From an uncultured Gammaproteobacteria bacterium (lineage in GTDB: Bacteria; Pseudomonadota; Gammaproteobacteria; UBA9214), in contig CAVVHS010000006.1 in assembly GCA_963748215.1 (NCBI GenBank), positions 192,001-256,000 of the forward strand: a DNA stretch of 64,000 bases. Direction: 5' to 3'. The notes under the pieces are model-generated. The model made no database searches. It worked only from the letters and a program-made list of their open reading frames with translations, and was not told the origin of the DNA. The position numbers were made by a program, and so were the translations under genes. Positions 29,316 through 38,548 of this stretch are shown here, piece by piece; the first letter of the stretch is position 1, and each line of letters begins with the position of its first letter.

Positions 29316-30000
29316 CTAGCCCGCATGTCTCACCGGGATCCCGGAGAAGGTGAGACCGCGTAGCGGTCGAGAGGCTGGCCTGGGCCATGCTGGTCGCTCC
29401 CGGCATCCTGCCTCCCGCGACACTTGTACATCCCTGTACATCGGCGCACGACTGCAGGGAGAAGGTGAGACCGGGTACCGGTCGAGAGGCTGGCCTGGGC
29501 CATGCAGGAGGTACGAGTCCATGGATGGACTCGGTAGAGCGAAGCAGGATGCCAGAGCCGAGAGCAATGCAGGGAGCAATTGCCGTGGCTCGCGTGTCCG
29601 GACGCCGCTCTGGAATGAAGGACCCGCTCGAGGCGCAGAGCAGGGGCCCCGGCGTAGCCGGGGATGCGACCGCCGGTGGGCGGAAGATCGCTTCGAATAC
29701 CACCGCGGGTCTTCGCTCCACCGGGGGTCAGATCCCCACCGCTGCGCGGCGGGGCCCCTCTTCCGCCCCTCGAAGCGATGCAGCCGTAGCTACCACTTGG
29801 GTGAACAGATCGCTCCCGACTTCCTGTCTCCCGCGACACTTGAACGTCCCTGTACATCGCAAATACGGGCGTGCGAGAACCAGACAGGGCCGGGATAGGC
29901 AGCGGCCACTGACACGGTGTTTGTTGACGAATGGCTATTAGCTTCATGATTTCAGCTCATTATGTCGGATTACAGCCGCCCGGTGAGTAATGCGGGCTAG
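29316..30000. mobile_element. Non-autonomous MITE-like element with terminal inverted repeats and CTAG ends
   Basis: Left CTAGCCCGCATGTCTCACCGGG vs right (reverse complement) CTAGCCCGCATTACTCACCGGG, 20/22 match; no transposase-like ORF; internal direct repeats. Confidence 0.78.
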
Positions 30001-30764
30001 ATCTCGTCGCCGGGCAGGCAGGTCAGGACGTCGTGGCCCTCCGCCGTGACCAGGATGGTGTGCTCCCACTGCGCGGACAGGCTGTGGTCCTTGGTGACCA
30101 CGGTCCAGCCGTCCGGCAGCAGCCGTGTGTGGCGCTTGCCGGCGTTGACCATGGGTTCGATGGTGAAGGTCATGCCGGCTTCCAGGCGCAGGCCGGTGCC
30201 CGGTTTGCCGTAGTGCAGGACCTGCGGGTCCTCGTGGAATTCGCGACCGATGCCGTGGCCGCAGTACTCGCGCACGATGGAGCAGTGGTTGGACTCGGCA
30301 TGGGCCTGGATCGCGTGGCCGATATCGCCGAGCTGTACGCCGGGCCGGACCATGTCGATGCCGATGCGCATGCATTCGTGGCTGATACGCGCCAGGCGCT
30401 GCGCGGCCACGGAGGCTTCGCCGATGAAGAAAATCTTGCTGGTATCGCCGTGATAACCGTCCTTGATCACGGTGATGTCGATATTCAGCATGTCGCCCTT
30501 TTTGAGCTTCTTGTTGCCCGGGATGCCATGGCAGACGACATGGTTGATCGAGGTGCAGATCGACCTGGGGAAGCCGCGGTAATTGAGCGGGGCCGGGATG
30601 GCCTGCTGTTCGTTGACGATATAGTCGTGGCAGATGCGGTCCAGTTCCTCGGTGGTGATGCCGGGCTGCACGTGCGGCCTGATCATCTGCAGCACCTCGC
30701 CGGCGAGGTGGCCGGCGACGCGCATCTTCTCGATCTCGTCCGGTGTCTTGATGGTGACTGGCAT
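29997..30764 (-). CDS. map: Methionine aminopeptidase type I
   Basis: MPVTIKT, CTSINHVVCHGIP, GHGIGREFHE, FTIEPM, SAQWEHT. Confidence 0.97.
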   Translation of the reverse strand: MPVTIKTPDEIEKMRVAGHLAGEVLQMIRPHVQPGITTEELDRICHDYIVNEQQAIPAPLNYRGFPRSICTSINHVVCHGIPGNKKLKKGDMLNIDITVIKDGYHGDTSKIFFIGEASVAAQRLARISHECMRIGIDMVRPGVQLGDIGHAIQAHAESNHCSIVREYCGHGIGREFHEDPQVLHYGKPGTGLRLEAGMTFTIEPMVNAGKRHTRLLPDGWTVVTKDHSLSAQWEHTILVTAEGHDVLTCLPGDEI

Positions 30765-30836
30765 CCAGGGTCCTGATTCGTTGGCGGAATTTCGAAAGGT
30801 CGGGTGGTGGGGCAGATTGCCGTGACATGGAGTGTA

Positions 30837-30845
30837 TGGTATAAA
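30837..30845 (+). promoter_or_regulatory. Extended -10 promoter of rpsB-tsf
   Basis: TGGTATAAA followed by a GC-rich discriminator, like the conserved gammaproteobacterial rpsB promoter. Confidence 0.6.
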
Positions 30846-30850
30846 GGCGG

Positions 30851-30980
30851 GCTTGTTAAGTGGCCTGATTTGGTGCCACTGAACAAAATTCACGCCTGTA
30901 CCGGCACATGCTGCAGGGTGCCCGGGGAGCCGCCAGTCGGTGCCGGGTTGCAGCCATTGGGGTGCAGGCAAGACCAACCC
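30851..30980 (+). ncRNA. rpsB leader (t44/tff-like S2 autoregulatory RNA)
   Basis: CGGCACAT...GGGTGCCC...GGGTTG...TGGGGT...AACCC resembles the rpsB leader; correct position. Confidence 0.7.
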
Positions 30981-31000
30981 TGAAAACGGAGAAGTACACA

Positions 31001-31907
31001 ATGGCAGACGTTACCATGCGCCAGATGCTTGAAGCGGGCGTGCATTTTGGACACCAGACCCGCTACTGGAACCCGAAGATGGCCCCCTATATCTTCGGCG
31101 AGCGCGGCAAGATCCACATCATCAATCTCGAAAAGACCCTTCCTCTGTTCAACGATGCAATGAACTACCTGGGCAGCCTGGTCGCGAACGGCGGCACCGT
31201 GCTGTTCGTCGGCACCAAGCGTTCGGCCCAGACGACGATCGTGGAGAATGCGGTCCGCTGCGGCATGCCCTTCGTCAACCACCGCTGGCTGGGCGGCATG
31301 CTCACCAACTTCAAGACCGTGCGCCAGTCGATCAAGCGTCTGAAGGATCTCGAGACCATGTCCAGCGACGGCTCATTCGACAAGATCGGCAAGAAGGAAG
31401 CGCTCATGCTGACCCGCGAGCTGGAAAAGCTGGAGCGCAGCCTGGGCGGCATCAAGGACATGCGCGGCATACCCGATGCCATGTTCGTGGTCGATGTCGG
31501 CTACGAGAAGATCGCCATCACCGAGGCGAAGAAGCTGGGTATCCCGGTGGTCGGTGTGGTCGATACCAATAACTCCATCGACGGCATCGACTACGTCATT
31601 CCGGGCAATGATGACGCCATCCGCGCCGTCAAGCTCTATGTCGAGAGCGCCGCCAATGCGGTCACCACCGGCAAGCTGAGCGTGGCCCAGGCCGTGTCCG
31701 AGTCCACCGACGAGTTCGTCGAGCTGGATGAAGAGGGCGGCACTCGCCCGGCGCGCAAGAAAGCACGCACTGCCGCGCCGAAAAAGGCCAGCAAGGTGAC
31801 GGTAAAGAAGAAGGCGGCTGCCACGCCGGCGGCGGACGAGGAACCGGTTGCAGCCGAGACCCGAGACCGAGGTTGCACCGACCGGGGCCGACGCGACCGG
31901 CGAATGA
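31001..31907 (+). CDS. rpsB: 30S ribosomal protein S2 (probable +1 indel near 31861; uncorrected ORF runs to 31954)
   Basis: [41 protein letters not shown]. Confidence 0.96.
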
Positions 31908-31955
31908 GGCTCACGGGCGGCAAGGCACAGAACAGATCTGACAGAGGACTTTGAA

Positions 31956-32846
31956 ATGGCTATAACTGCAGCGCTGGTCAAGGAACTGCGCGAAAGAACG
32001 GGCTCCGGCATGATGGAATGCAAGAAGGCACTGGTCGATGCCAACGGCGACATGGAGATTGCCATCGAGGCCTTGCGCAAGGCCGGCATGGCCAAGGCCG
32101 ACAAGAAGGCGAGCCGCGTGGCCGCGGAAGGCCTTATCGTGATCGAACTCTCCGACGATGCGAAGACGGCGGCGCTGGTGGAAGTCAATTGCGAAACCGA
32201 TTTCGTTGCCAAGAAAGACGAGTTCATGGAATTCGCCAGCGCCATCGCCAAACGCGTGCTGGCCAATGATCCGTCGGATATCGACGCGCTGCTGGCGTTG
32301 CCGCTGGCGGACGCCGCGCCCACGTCGATCGAGGACACCCGCAAGGGCCTGATCGCCAAGATCGGCGAGAACATCACCGTGCGCCGCTTCGTGCGCATCG
32401 AGAGCAGCAACCCGTTGGCCACCTACAGCCACGGCGGGCGCATCGGTGTGGTGGTGGATTACTCCGGCGGCGATGCCGGGCTGGGCAAGGACCTGGCGAT
32501 GCACGTCGCCGCACACGATCCGCGCCCGGTGTGCGTGTCCGAGGATCAGGTACCTGCGGAACTGGTGGCAGGCGAACGCCAGATCTTCACCGCCCAGGCC
32601 CGCGAGAGCGGCAAGCCGGACAACATCATCGAGAAGATGATCGAGGGCCGCATTCGCAAGTTCCTGTCGGAGATCACCCTGCTGGGTCAGGGCTTCGTCA
32701 AGGATCCGGACACGACCATCGAAAAGCTGCTGAAAGAGGCGGACGCCATGGTGGCGCGCTTCGAGCGCATGGAACTCGGCGAGGGCATCGAGAAGAAGTC
32801 CGAGAATTTCGCCGACGAGGTCATGGCGCAGGTCAAGGGCGGCTGA
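31956..32846 (+). CDS. tsf: Elongation factor Ts
   Basis: VKELRERTGSGMMECKKAL, EVNCETDFVA. Confidence 0.98.
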   Translation: MAITAALVKELRERTGSGMMECKKALVDANGDMEIAIEALRKAGMAKADKKASRVAAEGLIVIELSDDAKTAALVEVNCETDFVAKKDEFMEFASAIAKRVLANDPSDIDALLALPLADAAPTSIEDTRKGLIAKIGENITVRRFVRIESSNPLATYSHGGRIGVVVDYSGGDAGLGKDLAMHVAAHDPRPVCVSEDQVPAELVAGERQIFTAQARESGKPDNIIEKMIEGRIRKFLSEITLLGQGFVKDPDTTIEKLLKEADAMVARFERMELGEGIEKKSENFADEVMAQVKGG

Positions 32847-32892
32847 CAGCGATTCCGGTCGCCCCGCAACAACGTCAAGTTGTCTTTACCAG

Positions 32893-32920
32893 CGGGGCCG
32901 GGATACGGCCCCGTTTTATT
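32893..32920 (+). terminator. Rho-independent terminator after tsf
   Basis: CGGGGCCG-GGATA-CGGCCCCG-TTTTATT. Confidence 0.8.
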
Positions 32921-33011
32921 ATGGCAATCCGGGCTGAAAAGTACGACAATGCCGGCCGGGGCGACGGACAGCAAGCCCTCGATATCTGGCTGAATATAAA
33001 GGGTAATTGAC

Positions 33012-33716
33012 ATGAAATACCAGCGCATACTGCTCAAGCTCAGCGGGGAGGCGCTGATGGGACAGGGTTCGCACGGTATCGATCCCGCGATCATCAGCCG
33101 GCTGGCCGGGGAAATCCACGCCGAGGTCGGGCGCGGCGTGCAGCTCGGGCTGGTGATCGGCGGCGGCAACATCCTGCGCGGTGCCGGGCTGGCGTCACGC
33201 GGCATGAACCGGGTGACCGGCGATCACATGGGCATGCTGGCCACGGTCATCAACGCGCTGGCCATGCAGGATGCGCTCGAGCAGCTCGGCATCGACTGCC
33301 GGGTCATGTCGGCGCTGACCATGGACCAGGTATGCGAGTCGTACACCGCACGCCAGGCCATTCGTCACCTGGAGGCGGGGCGCGTGGTCATTTTCGCGGC
33401 CGGAACAGGCAACCCGTACTTCACCACGGATTCGGCGGCCAGCCTGCGCGCGATCGAGATCAAAGCCGACCTGTTGCTCAAGGCCACCAAGGTCAACGGC
33501 GTTTATTCGGCCGATCCGGTCACCAACCCGCACGCCATCCTCTACGAACGCATCAGCTACGACGCGGCACTTGAACAGAAACTCGGGGTGATGGATGCAA
33601 CCGCGCTGGTGCTGTGCAGCGAGCACGGCATGCCACTGCGGGTATTCAATGTTTTCGATGCCGGCCAGCTCGGCAGGATCGTCGCCGGCGAGGATGTCGG
33701 CACACTGGTTCAGTAA
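33012..33716 (+). CDS. pyrH: UMP kinase
   Basis: [33 protein letters not shown]. Confidence 0.97.
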   Translation: MKYQRILLKLSGEALMGQGSHGIDPAIISRLAGEIHAEVGRGVQLGLVIGGGNILRGAGLASRGMNRVTGDHMGMLATVINALAMQDALEQLGIDCRVMSALTMDQVCESYTARQAIRHLEAGRVVIFAAGTGNPYFTTDSAASLRAIEIKADLLLKATKVNGVYSADPVTNPHAILYERISYDAALEQKLGVMDATALVLCSEHGMPLRVFNVFDAGQLGRIVAGEDVGTLVQ

Positions 33717-33727
33717 AGGGGTAGCGA

Positions 33728-34285
33728 ATGATCGAGGATATCATCAAGGACGCAGGCGTCCGCATGACCAAGAGTATTGATACGCTCAAGCAGTCACTGG
33801 GCAAGGTGCGCACCGGGCGCGCACATCCCAGTCTGCTGGACCACCTGCGCGTCGACTACTACGGCTCGGACGTGCCGATTTCGCAGGTCGCCAATATCGG
33901 CGTGGAAGATGCACGCACGCTGACCGTGACCCCGTGGGAAAAACCGATGGTGCAGGTCATCGAGAAGGCGATTCTCAGCTCCGATCTCGGTCTGAACCCG
34001 GCCACTGCGGGCACCGTCATTCGCATCCCGATGCCGCCGCTGACCGAAGAAACGCGCCGTGACCTGGTCAAGGTGGTACGTCACGAAGGCGAGTCCACCA
34101 AGGTGGCGATACGCAATATCCGCCGTGATGCCAACAGCGATTTCAAGGACCTGCTCAAGGAGAAGGCGATTTCAGAGGACGAGGAGCGACGCGCGCAGGA
34201 CGAGATCCAGAAGCTCACCGACCAGCGCATCGGCGAGGTCGACAAGGTGCTGGAGAAGAAGGAATCCGAATTGATGGTCATGTAG
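33728..34285 (+). CDS. frr: Ribosome recycling factor
   Basis: [25 protein letters not shown]. Confidence 0.97.
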   Translation: MIEDIIKDAGVRMTKSIDTLKQSLGKVRTGRAHPSLLDHLRVDYYGSDVPISQVANIGVEDARTLTVTPWEKPMVQVIEKAILSSDLGLNPATAGTVIRIPMPPLTEETRRDLVKVVRHEGESTKVAIRNIRRDANSDFKDLLKEKAISEDEERRAQDEIQKLTDQRIGEVDKVLEKKESELMVM

Positions 34286-34397
34286 CAGCCGGAAAGACTG
34301 CGTGCGCCGACAGACCCGTACGCGGACCTTGCCGGTTATGGCCGGGCTCGAGCCAGGTGGCAGAAAACATACAACGTTGACCGAAAGCGGAACTGAA

Positions 34398-35150
34398 TTG
34401 AAATTACCGCAGGACAAGCCAGGCAGTCTGCCGCGCCACATTGCCATCATCATGGACGGCAATGGACGCTGGGCGCGTGCGCGCCTGCTGCCGCGTGCGA
34501 TCGGTCACCGCGAGGGGGTCAAGTCGGTGCGCCGTGTCGTGGAGGACTGCATCGACCGGGATGTCGGTGCGCTCACACTGTTTGCCTTCAGCAGCGAAAA
34601 CTGGCGCCGCCCCAGCGAAGAGATCAGCCTGATCATGGACCTGTTCGTGAACACGCTCAGGAAAGAGGTGGATGCGCTGGACCGGAACGGGGTCAGGCTG
34701 CGTTTCATCGGCGAGCGCAGCGCATTTTCCGACAACCTGACCAGGCTGATCAGCCAGTCCGAACAGCAAACCGCGGACAACCGCCGACTTGAACTGGTGA
34801 TCGCGGCCAACTACGGCGGGCAGTGGGATATCGCCCAGGCGTGCCGGGCGATTGCCCGGAAGGTCGCGGCCGGCGAACTGCAGCCGCAGGATATCGGCAC
34901 AGACGACATCACCGCGGCACTGTCGATGCCCGACCTGCCGATGCCGGACCTCTTTATCCGCACCGGCGGCGAACAGCGCATCAGCAACTTCCTGCTCTGG
35001 CAGCTGGCCTACACCGAGCTCTATTTCACCGACCTGCTGTGGCCGGAGTTCGACGCTGGCGAACTCGACCGGGCGCTGCTCTGGTATGCGAACCGGCAAC
35101 GGCGCTTCGGCCGTACCGGTGACCAGGTGGAGCAGCTCAGGGGTGCTTAA
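34398..35150 (+). CDS. uppS: Undecaprenyl diphosphate synthase (start uncertain)
   Basis: HIAIIMDGNGRWA, FSSENWRRP, IRTGGEQRISNFLLWQ. Confidence 0.95.
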   Translation: MKLPQDKPGSLPRHIAIIMDGNGRWARARLLPRAIGHREGVKSVRRVVEDCIDRDVGALTLFAFSSENWRRPSEEISLIMDLFVNTLRKEVDALDRNGVRLRFIGERSAFSDNLTRLISQSEQQTADNRRLELVIAANYGGQWDIAQACRAIARKVAAGELQPQDIGTDDITAALSMPDLPMPDLFIRTGGEQRISNFLLWQLAYTELYFTDLLWPEFDAGELDRALLWYANRQRRFGRTGDQVEQLRGA

Positions 35151-35961
35151 ATGGCGGCTGATTTCCGCGGCCATCATGGTGCCGCTGGTCGTCTATGGCG
35201 TACTGCGCCTGTCGACGCCAGCCTTTGCCGCGGTCCTCGGCGCGATCCTGGTAGCGGCGATCTGGGAATGGAGCCGGCTGGTGCCGTTGTCGGGCTATCC
35301 TGCACGCATCGTCTACACTGCGGCGATCCCCTGCCTGCTGGCGCTGACCTGGTTGCTGGGACCATCTGAGCTGGTCGTCTACCTGCTGGCCGCGGCCGGC
35401 GCCTGGTGGCTGTTCGCACTCTACTGGCTGACCCACCCGCAGCACTGCGCCGCGATGTCTGTCCCGTGCAGCGCACTCAAGCTGCTGGCCGGCGCGCTGG
35501 TCAGCGTGCCGCCCTGGACCGCGCTGGTCGTACTGCATGCGCGCGGCGAGGACGGGCCGCTGTTGACGCTGTTGCTGCTGGTGATGGTGTGGCTGGCCGA
35601 CAGCGGCGCCTATTTCGCCGGTCGCCGCTTTGGCAGGCACAAGCTCGCACCGCAGATCAGCCCGGGCAAGACGCGCGAGGGCGTGTACGGCGGCCTGCTG
35701 GCCAGTCTGCTGTTCGCGGGCATCGCCGGCTGGCTGTACAGCCATTCGCCGTCCTGGACGCTGAGCTTCATGCTGGTCGCGCTGCCGGCCATGCTGTTTT
35801 CCGTGGTCGGGGATCTGCTGGAAAGCCTGATGAAACGCCAGAGCGGCATCAAGGACAGCGGCAGCATCATTCCCGGACACGGCGGCATCTTCGACCGCAT
35901 CGACAGCCTGGTGGCCGCCGCGCCGCTGTTCCTCGCCGGCTTCCTGTGGCTGAAACTGTAA
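35143..35961 (+). CDS. cdsA: Phosphatidate cytidylyltransferase
   Basis: [41 protein letters not shown]. Confidence 0.96.
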   Translation: MLKWRLISAAIMVPLVVYGVLRLSTPAFAAVLGAILVAAIWEWSRLVPLSGYPARIVYTAAIPCLLALTWLLGPSELVVYLLAAAGAWWLFALYWLTHPQHCAAMSVPCSALKLLAGALVSVPPWTALVVLHARGEDGPLLTLLLLVMVWLADSGAYFAGRRFGRHKLAPQISPGKTREGVYGGLLASLLFAGIAGWLYSHSPSWTLSFMLVALPAMLFSVVGDLLESLMKRQSGIKDSGSIIPGHGGIFDRIDSLVAAAPLFLAGFLWLKL

Positions 35962-37175
35962 TGACTGCAACCGCACCCGGCCCGTTCGGCATCACCATCC
36001 TCGGGTCCACCGGCTCGATCGGTACCAGTACCCTGGACGTGGTGGCGCGCCATCCGCAGCGCTTCCGGGTTGTGGCGCTGACCGCCAATGACGGCGTCGA
36101 GCGGCTCGCCGAACAGTGCGTGCGCTACCGGCCGGACTACGCCGTGATGGTGGATGCGGCTGCCGCGGCGCAACTGGCGCGACGCCTGCAACATACGGCG
36201 CCGGAGACCGAGGTGCTGTCCGGCACCGACAGCCTGGCCCGGGTCGCGGCGCTGGGCAGTGTCGAGTACGTCATGGCGGCCATTGTCGGTGCGGCCGGCC
36301 TGTTGCCGGCGCTTGCCGCGGCGCGCCACGGCAAGCGCGTGCTGCTGGCGAACAAGGAAGCGCTGGTGATTTCCGGCGACCTGTTCATGCAGGCGGTGCG
36401 CGGGCATGGCGCCACGCTGCTGCCGATCGACAGCGAACACAATGCCATCCTGCAATGCCTGCCCGATGACTACATCACCGGCAGTGTGCCACGCGGCGTC
36501 CACCGTATCCTGCTGACCGCCTCGGGCGGTCCGTTTCGCACGCTGCCACTCGACAGGTTGGCAAGCGTGACCCCGGAGCAGGCCTGCGCGCATCCCAACT
36601 GGGTCATGGGCCGCAAGATTTCGGTGGATTCGGCCACCATGATGAACAAGGGCCTGGAAGTCATCGAGGCGAGCCGGCTGTTCGATTTGCCGCTGGAGAA
36701 AATCGAGGTCGTGCTGCACCCGCAGTCGGTGGTGCATTCGCTGGTGGAATACCGCGACGGCTCGGTGTTGGCGCAGCTTGGCAATCCCGACATGCGTATA
36801 CCGATAAGCCACGCACTGGGCTGGCCGGAACGCATCGAGTCCGGCGCCGGCAGCCTCGACCTGGCGGCGATCGGCACCCTGCAGTTCGAGGCCCCGGACC
36901 TGGCGCGCTATCCCTGCCTGGAACTGGCATACGAGGCACTGCAGGCCGGCGGCACGGCGCCCGCGCTGCTGAATGCGGCCAACGAGGTGGCTGTGCAGGC
37001 CTTCCTGGAACACCGCATACCGTTCACCGCCATCGCGCGGTTGATCCGCGATACGCTGCAACGCTGTCCGGTGCATGACGCCGGCAACCTGGACGTTATC
37101 CTGGCCGATGACGCCGACGCGCGCGTGTGCGCGGCTGAACTCATCACCAACGGCAAGGTCACACTGGCACGATGA
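35961..37175 (+). CDS. dxr: 1-deoxy-D-xylulose 5-phosphate reductoisomerase
   Basis: [41 protein letters not shown]. Confidence 0.97.
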   Translation: MTATAPGPFGITILGSTGSIGTSTLDVVARHPQRFRVVALTANDGVERLAEQCVRYRPDYAVMVDAAAAAQLARRLQHTAPETEVLSGTDSLARVAALGSVEYVMAAIVGAAGLLPALAAARHGKRVLLANKEALVISGDLFMQAVRGHGATLLPIDSEHNAILQCLPDDYITGSVPRGVHRILLTASGGPFRTLPLDRLASVTPEQACAHPNWVMGRKISVDSATMMNKGLEVIEASRLFDLPLEKIEVVLHPQSVVHSLVEYRDGSVLAQLGNPDMRIPISHALGWPERIESGAGSLDLAAIGTLQFEAPDLARYPCLELAYEALQAGGTAPALLNAANEVAVQAFLEHRIPFTAIARLIRDTLQRCPVHDAGNLDVILADDADARVCAAELITNGKVTLAR

Positions 37176-38536
37176 ACAGCGTCCTCTTCTCGTTGCTGGC
37201 CTTTATCCTTGCCATCGGTGTGCTGGTCACGGTGCACGAGTTCGGGCATTTCTGGGTGGCGCGCCGGCTGGGCGTGAAGGTGCTGCGCTTTTCCATCGGC
37301 TTCGGCAAGCCGCTCTGGACCAAAACCTTTGGTGCCGACCGCAGTGAATTCGTGATCGCCGCGCTGCCGCTGGGCGGTTACGTCAGGATGCTCGACGAGC
37401 GCGAAGGCGAGGTCGCGGCCGAGGACTTGCCGCGTGCCTTCAACCGCCAGCCGGTCTCCACGCGGGTGGCCGTGGTGGTCGCGGGTCCGTTGTTCAATTT
37501 CCTGTTCGCCATCGCAGCCTACTGGATGATGTTCGTGGTCGGCGTTCCCGGCCTGCGTCCGGTGGTGGGTGACGTCACGCCCGGGTCGTATGCCGCGCAA
37601 GCCGGCATTGTCGCCGGCGATGAAATCATCGCCATTCAGGGCGAGCCTACCCCGACCTGGGAAAGCGCTGTCATGACGCTCCTCGACGCCAGTCTCGACG
37701 AGCGCGATGCCATCACGCTGAACGTGCGTGATCCCGGCGGCGTCGAGCGTGACCTGCAGGTGCGGCTCGTACAGTCCACGGAACTGCTCGAGAAGGGTGG
37801 CGTGCTGCGCAACTTCGGCCTGGCCCCCTGGCAGCTGCCCGCCGTGATCGATGAACTGGTGGCCGGGGAAGCCGCGGAGCGTGATGGCCTGCGCAGCGGC
37901 GACCGCATCCTCGTCGCCGACGGCAAGCCGATCACCGGCTGGAACGACTGGGTGGAGTATGTGCGTGCACGCCCGGAGCAGTCCATCCAGGTGGAAGTGC
38001 AGCGTGACGGCGCGACGAGCCTGCTGGAACTGGTGCCCAAACGGGTGACAGAGGGTGGCGCGGCACACGGTTTTATCGGTGCATCGGTACGTCTGCCGGA
38101 CGCCGGCCAGCATGCTACAATGCGCGTCGTTGTGCACCATGGACCACTGGAGGCGTTGCCTGCGGCACTCGGCAAGACCTGGGATGTCACCACCCTGACC
38201 TTGCGTACACTGTGGAAAATGCTGACCGGCAAGGCGTCGGTCGAGAACCTGAGCGGTCCCATCAGCATCGCCAAGTACGCGGGCGAGTCGGCCGCGGTGG
38301 GCCTGACAACGTTCCTGGCCTTCCTGGGCATCGTCAGCGTCAGTCTGGGGGTGCTGAACCTGTTACCGATACCGGTGCTGGACGGTGGCCACCTGCTGTA
38401 CTACCTGGTGGAGCTGGTCAAGGGCAGCCCGGTGTCCGAGGCGGCGCAACTGGCGGGGCAGAAGGTCGGTATCTTCCTGCTGCTGATGCTGATGTCGGTG
38501 GCTTTCTATAACGATCTGGTACGACTGATTGACTGA
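37172..38536 (+). CDS. rseP: Intramembrane metalloprotease RseP
   Basis: HEFGH, two PDZ domains, [11 protein letters not shown]. Confidence 0.96.
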   Translation: MNSVLFSLLAFILAIGVLVTVHEFGHFWVARRLGVKVLRFSIGFGKPLWTKTFGADRSEFVIAALPLGGYVRMLDEREGEVAAEDLPRAFNRQPVSTRVAVVVAGPLFNFLFAIAAYWMMFVVGVPGLRPVVGDVTPGSYAAQAGIVAGDEIIAIQGEPTPTWESAVMTLLDASLDERDAITLNVRDPGGVERDLQVRLVQSTELLEKGGVLRNFGLAPWQLPAVIDELVAGEAAERDGLRSGDRILVADGKPITGWNDWVEYVRARPEQSIQVEVQRDGATSLLELVPKRVTEGGAAHGFIGASVRLPDAGQHATMRVVVHHGPLEALPAALGKTWDVTTLTLRTLWKMLTGKASVENLSGPISIAKYAGESAAVGLTTFLAFLGIVSVSLGVLNLLPIPVLDGGHLLYYLVELVKGSPVSEAAQLAGQKVGIFLLLMLMSVAFYNDLVRLID

Positions 38537-38548
38537 GTGAGAATAGGG

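Noticed and set aside
29269-29947. ORFs of 87-205 aa inside the map-glnD spacer as a transposase or protein gene
   Set aside because: No DDE/HUH motifs; peptides such as MYRDVQVSRE are translations of the repeated hairpin unit
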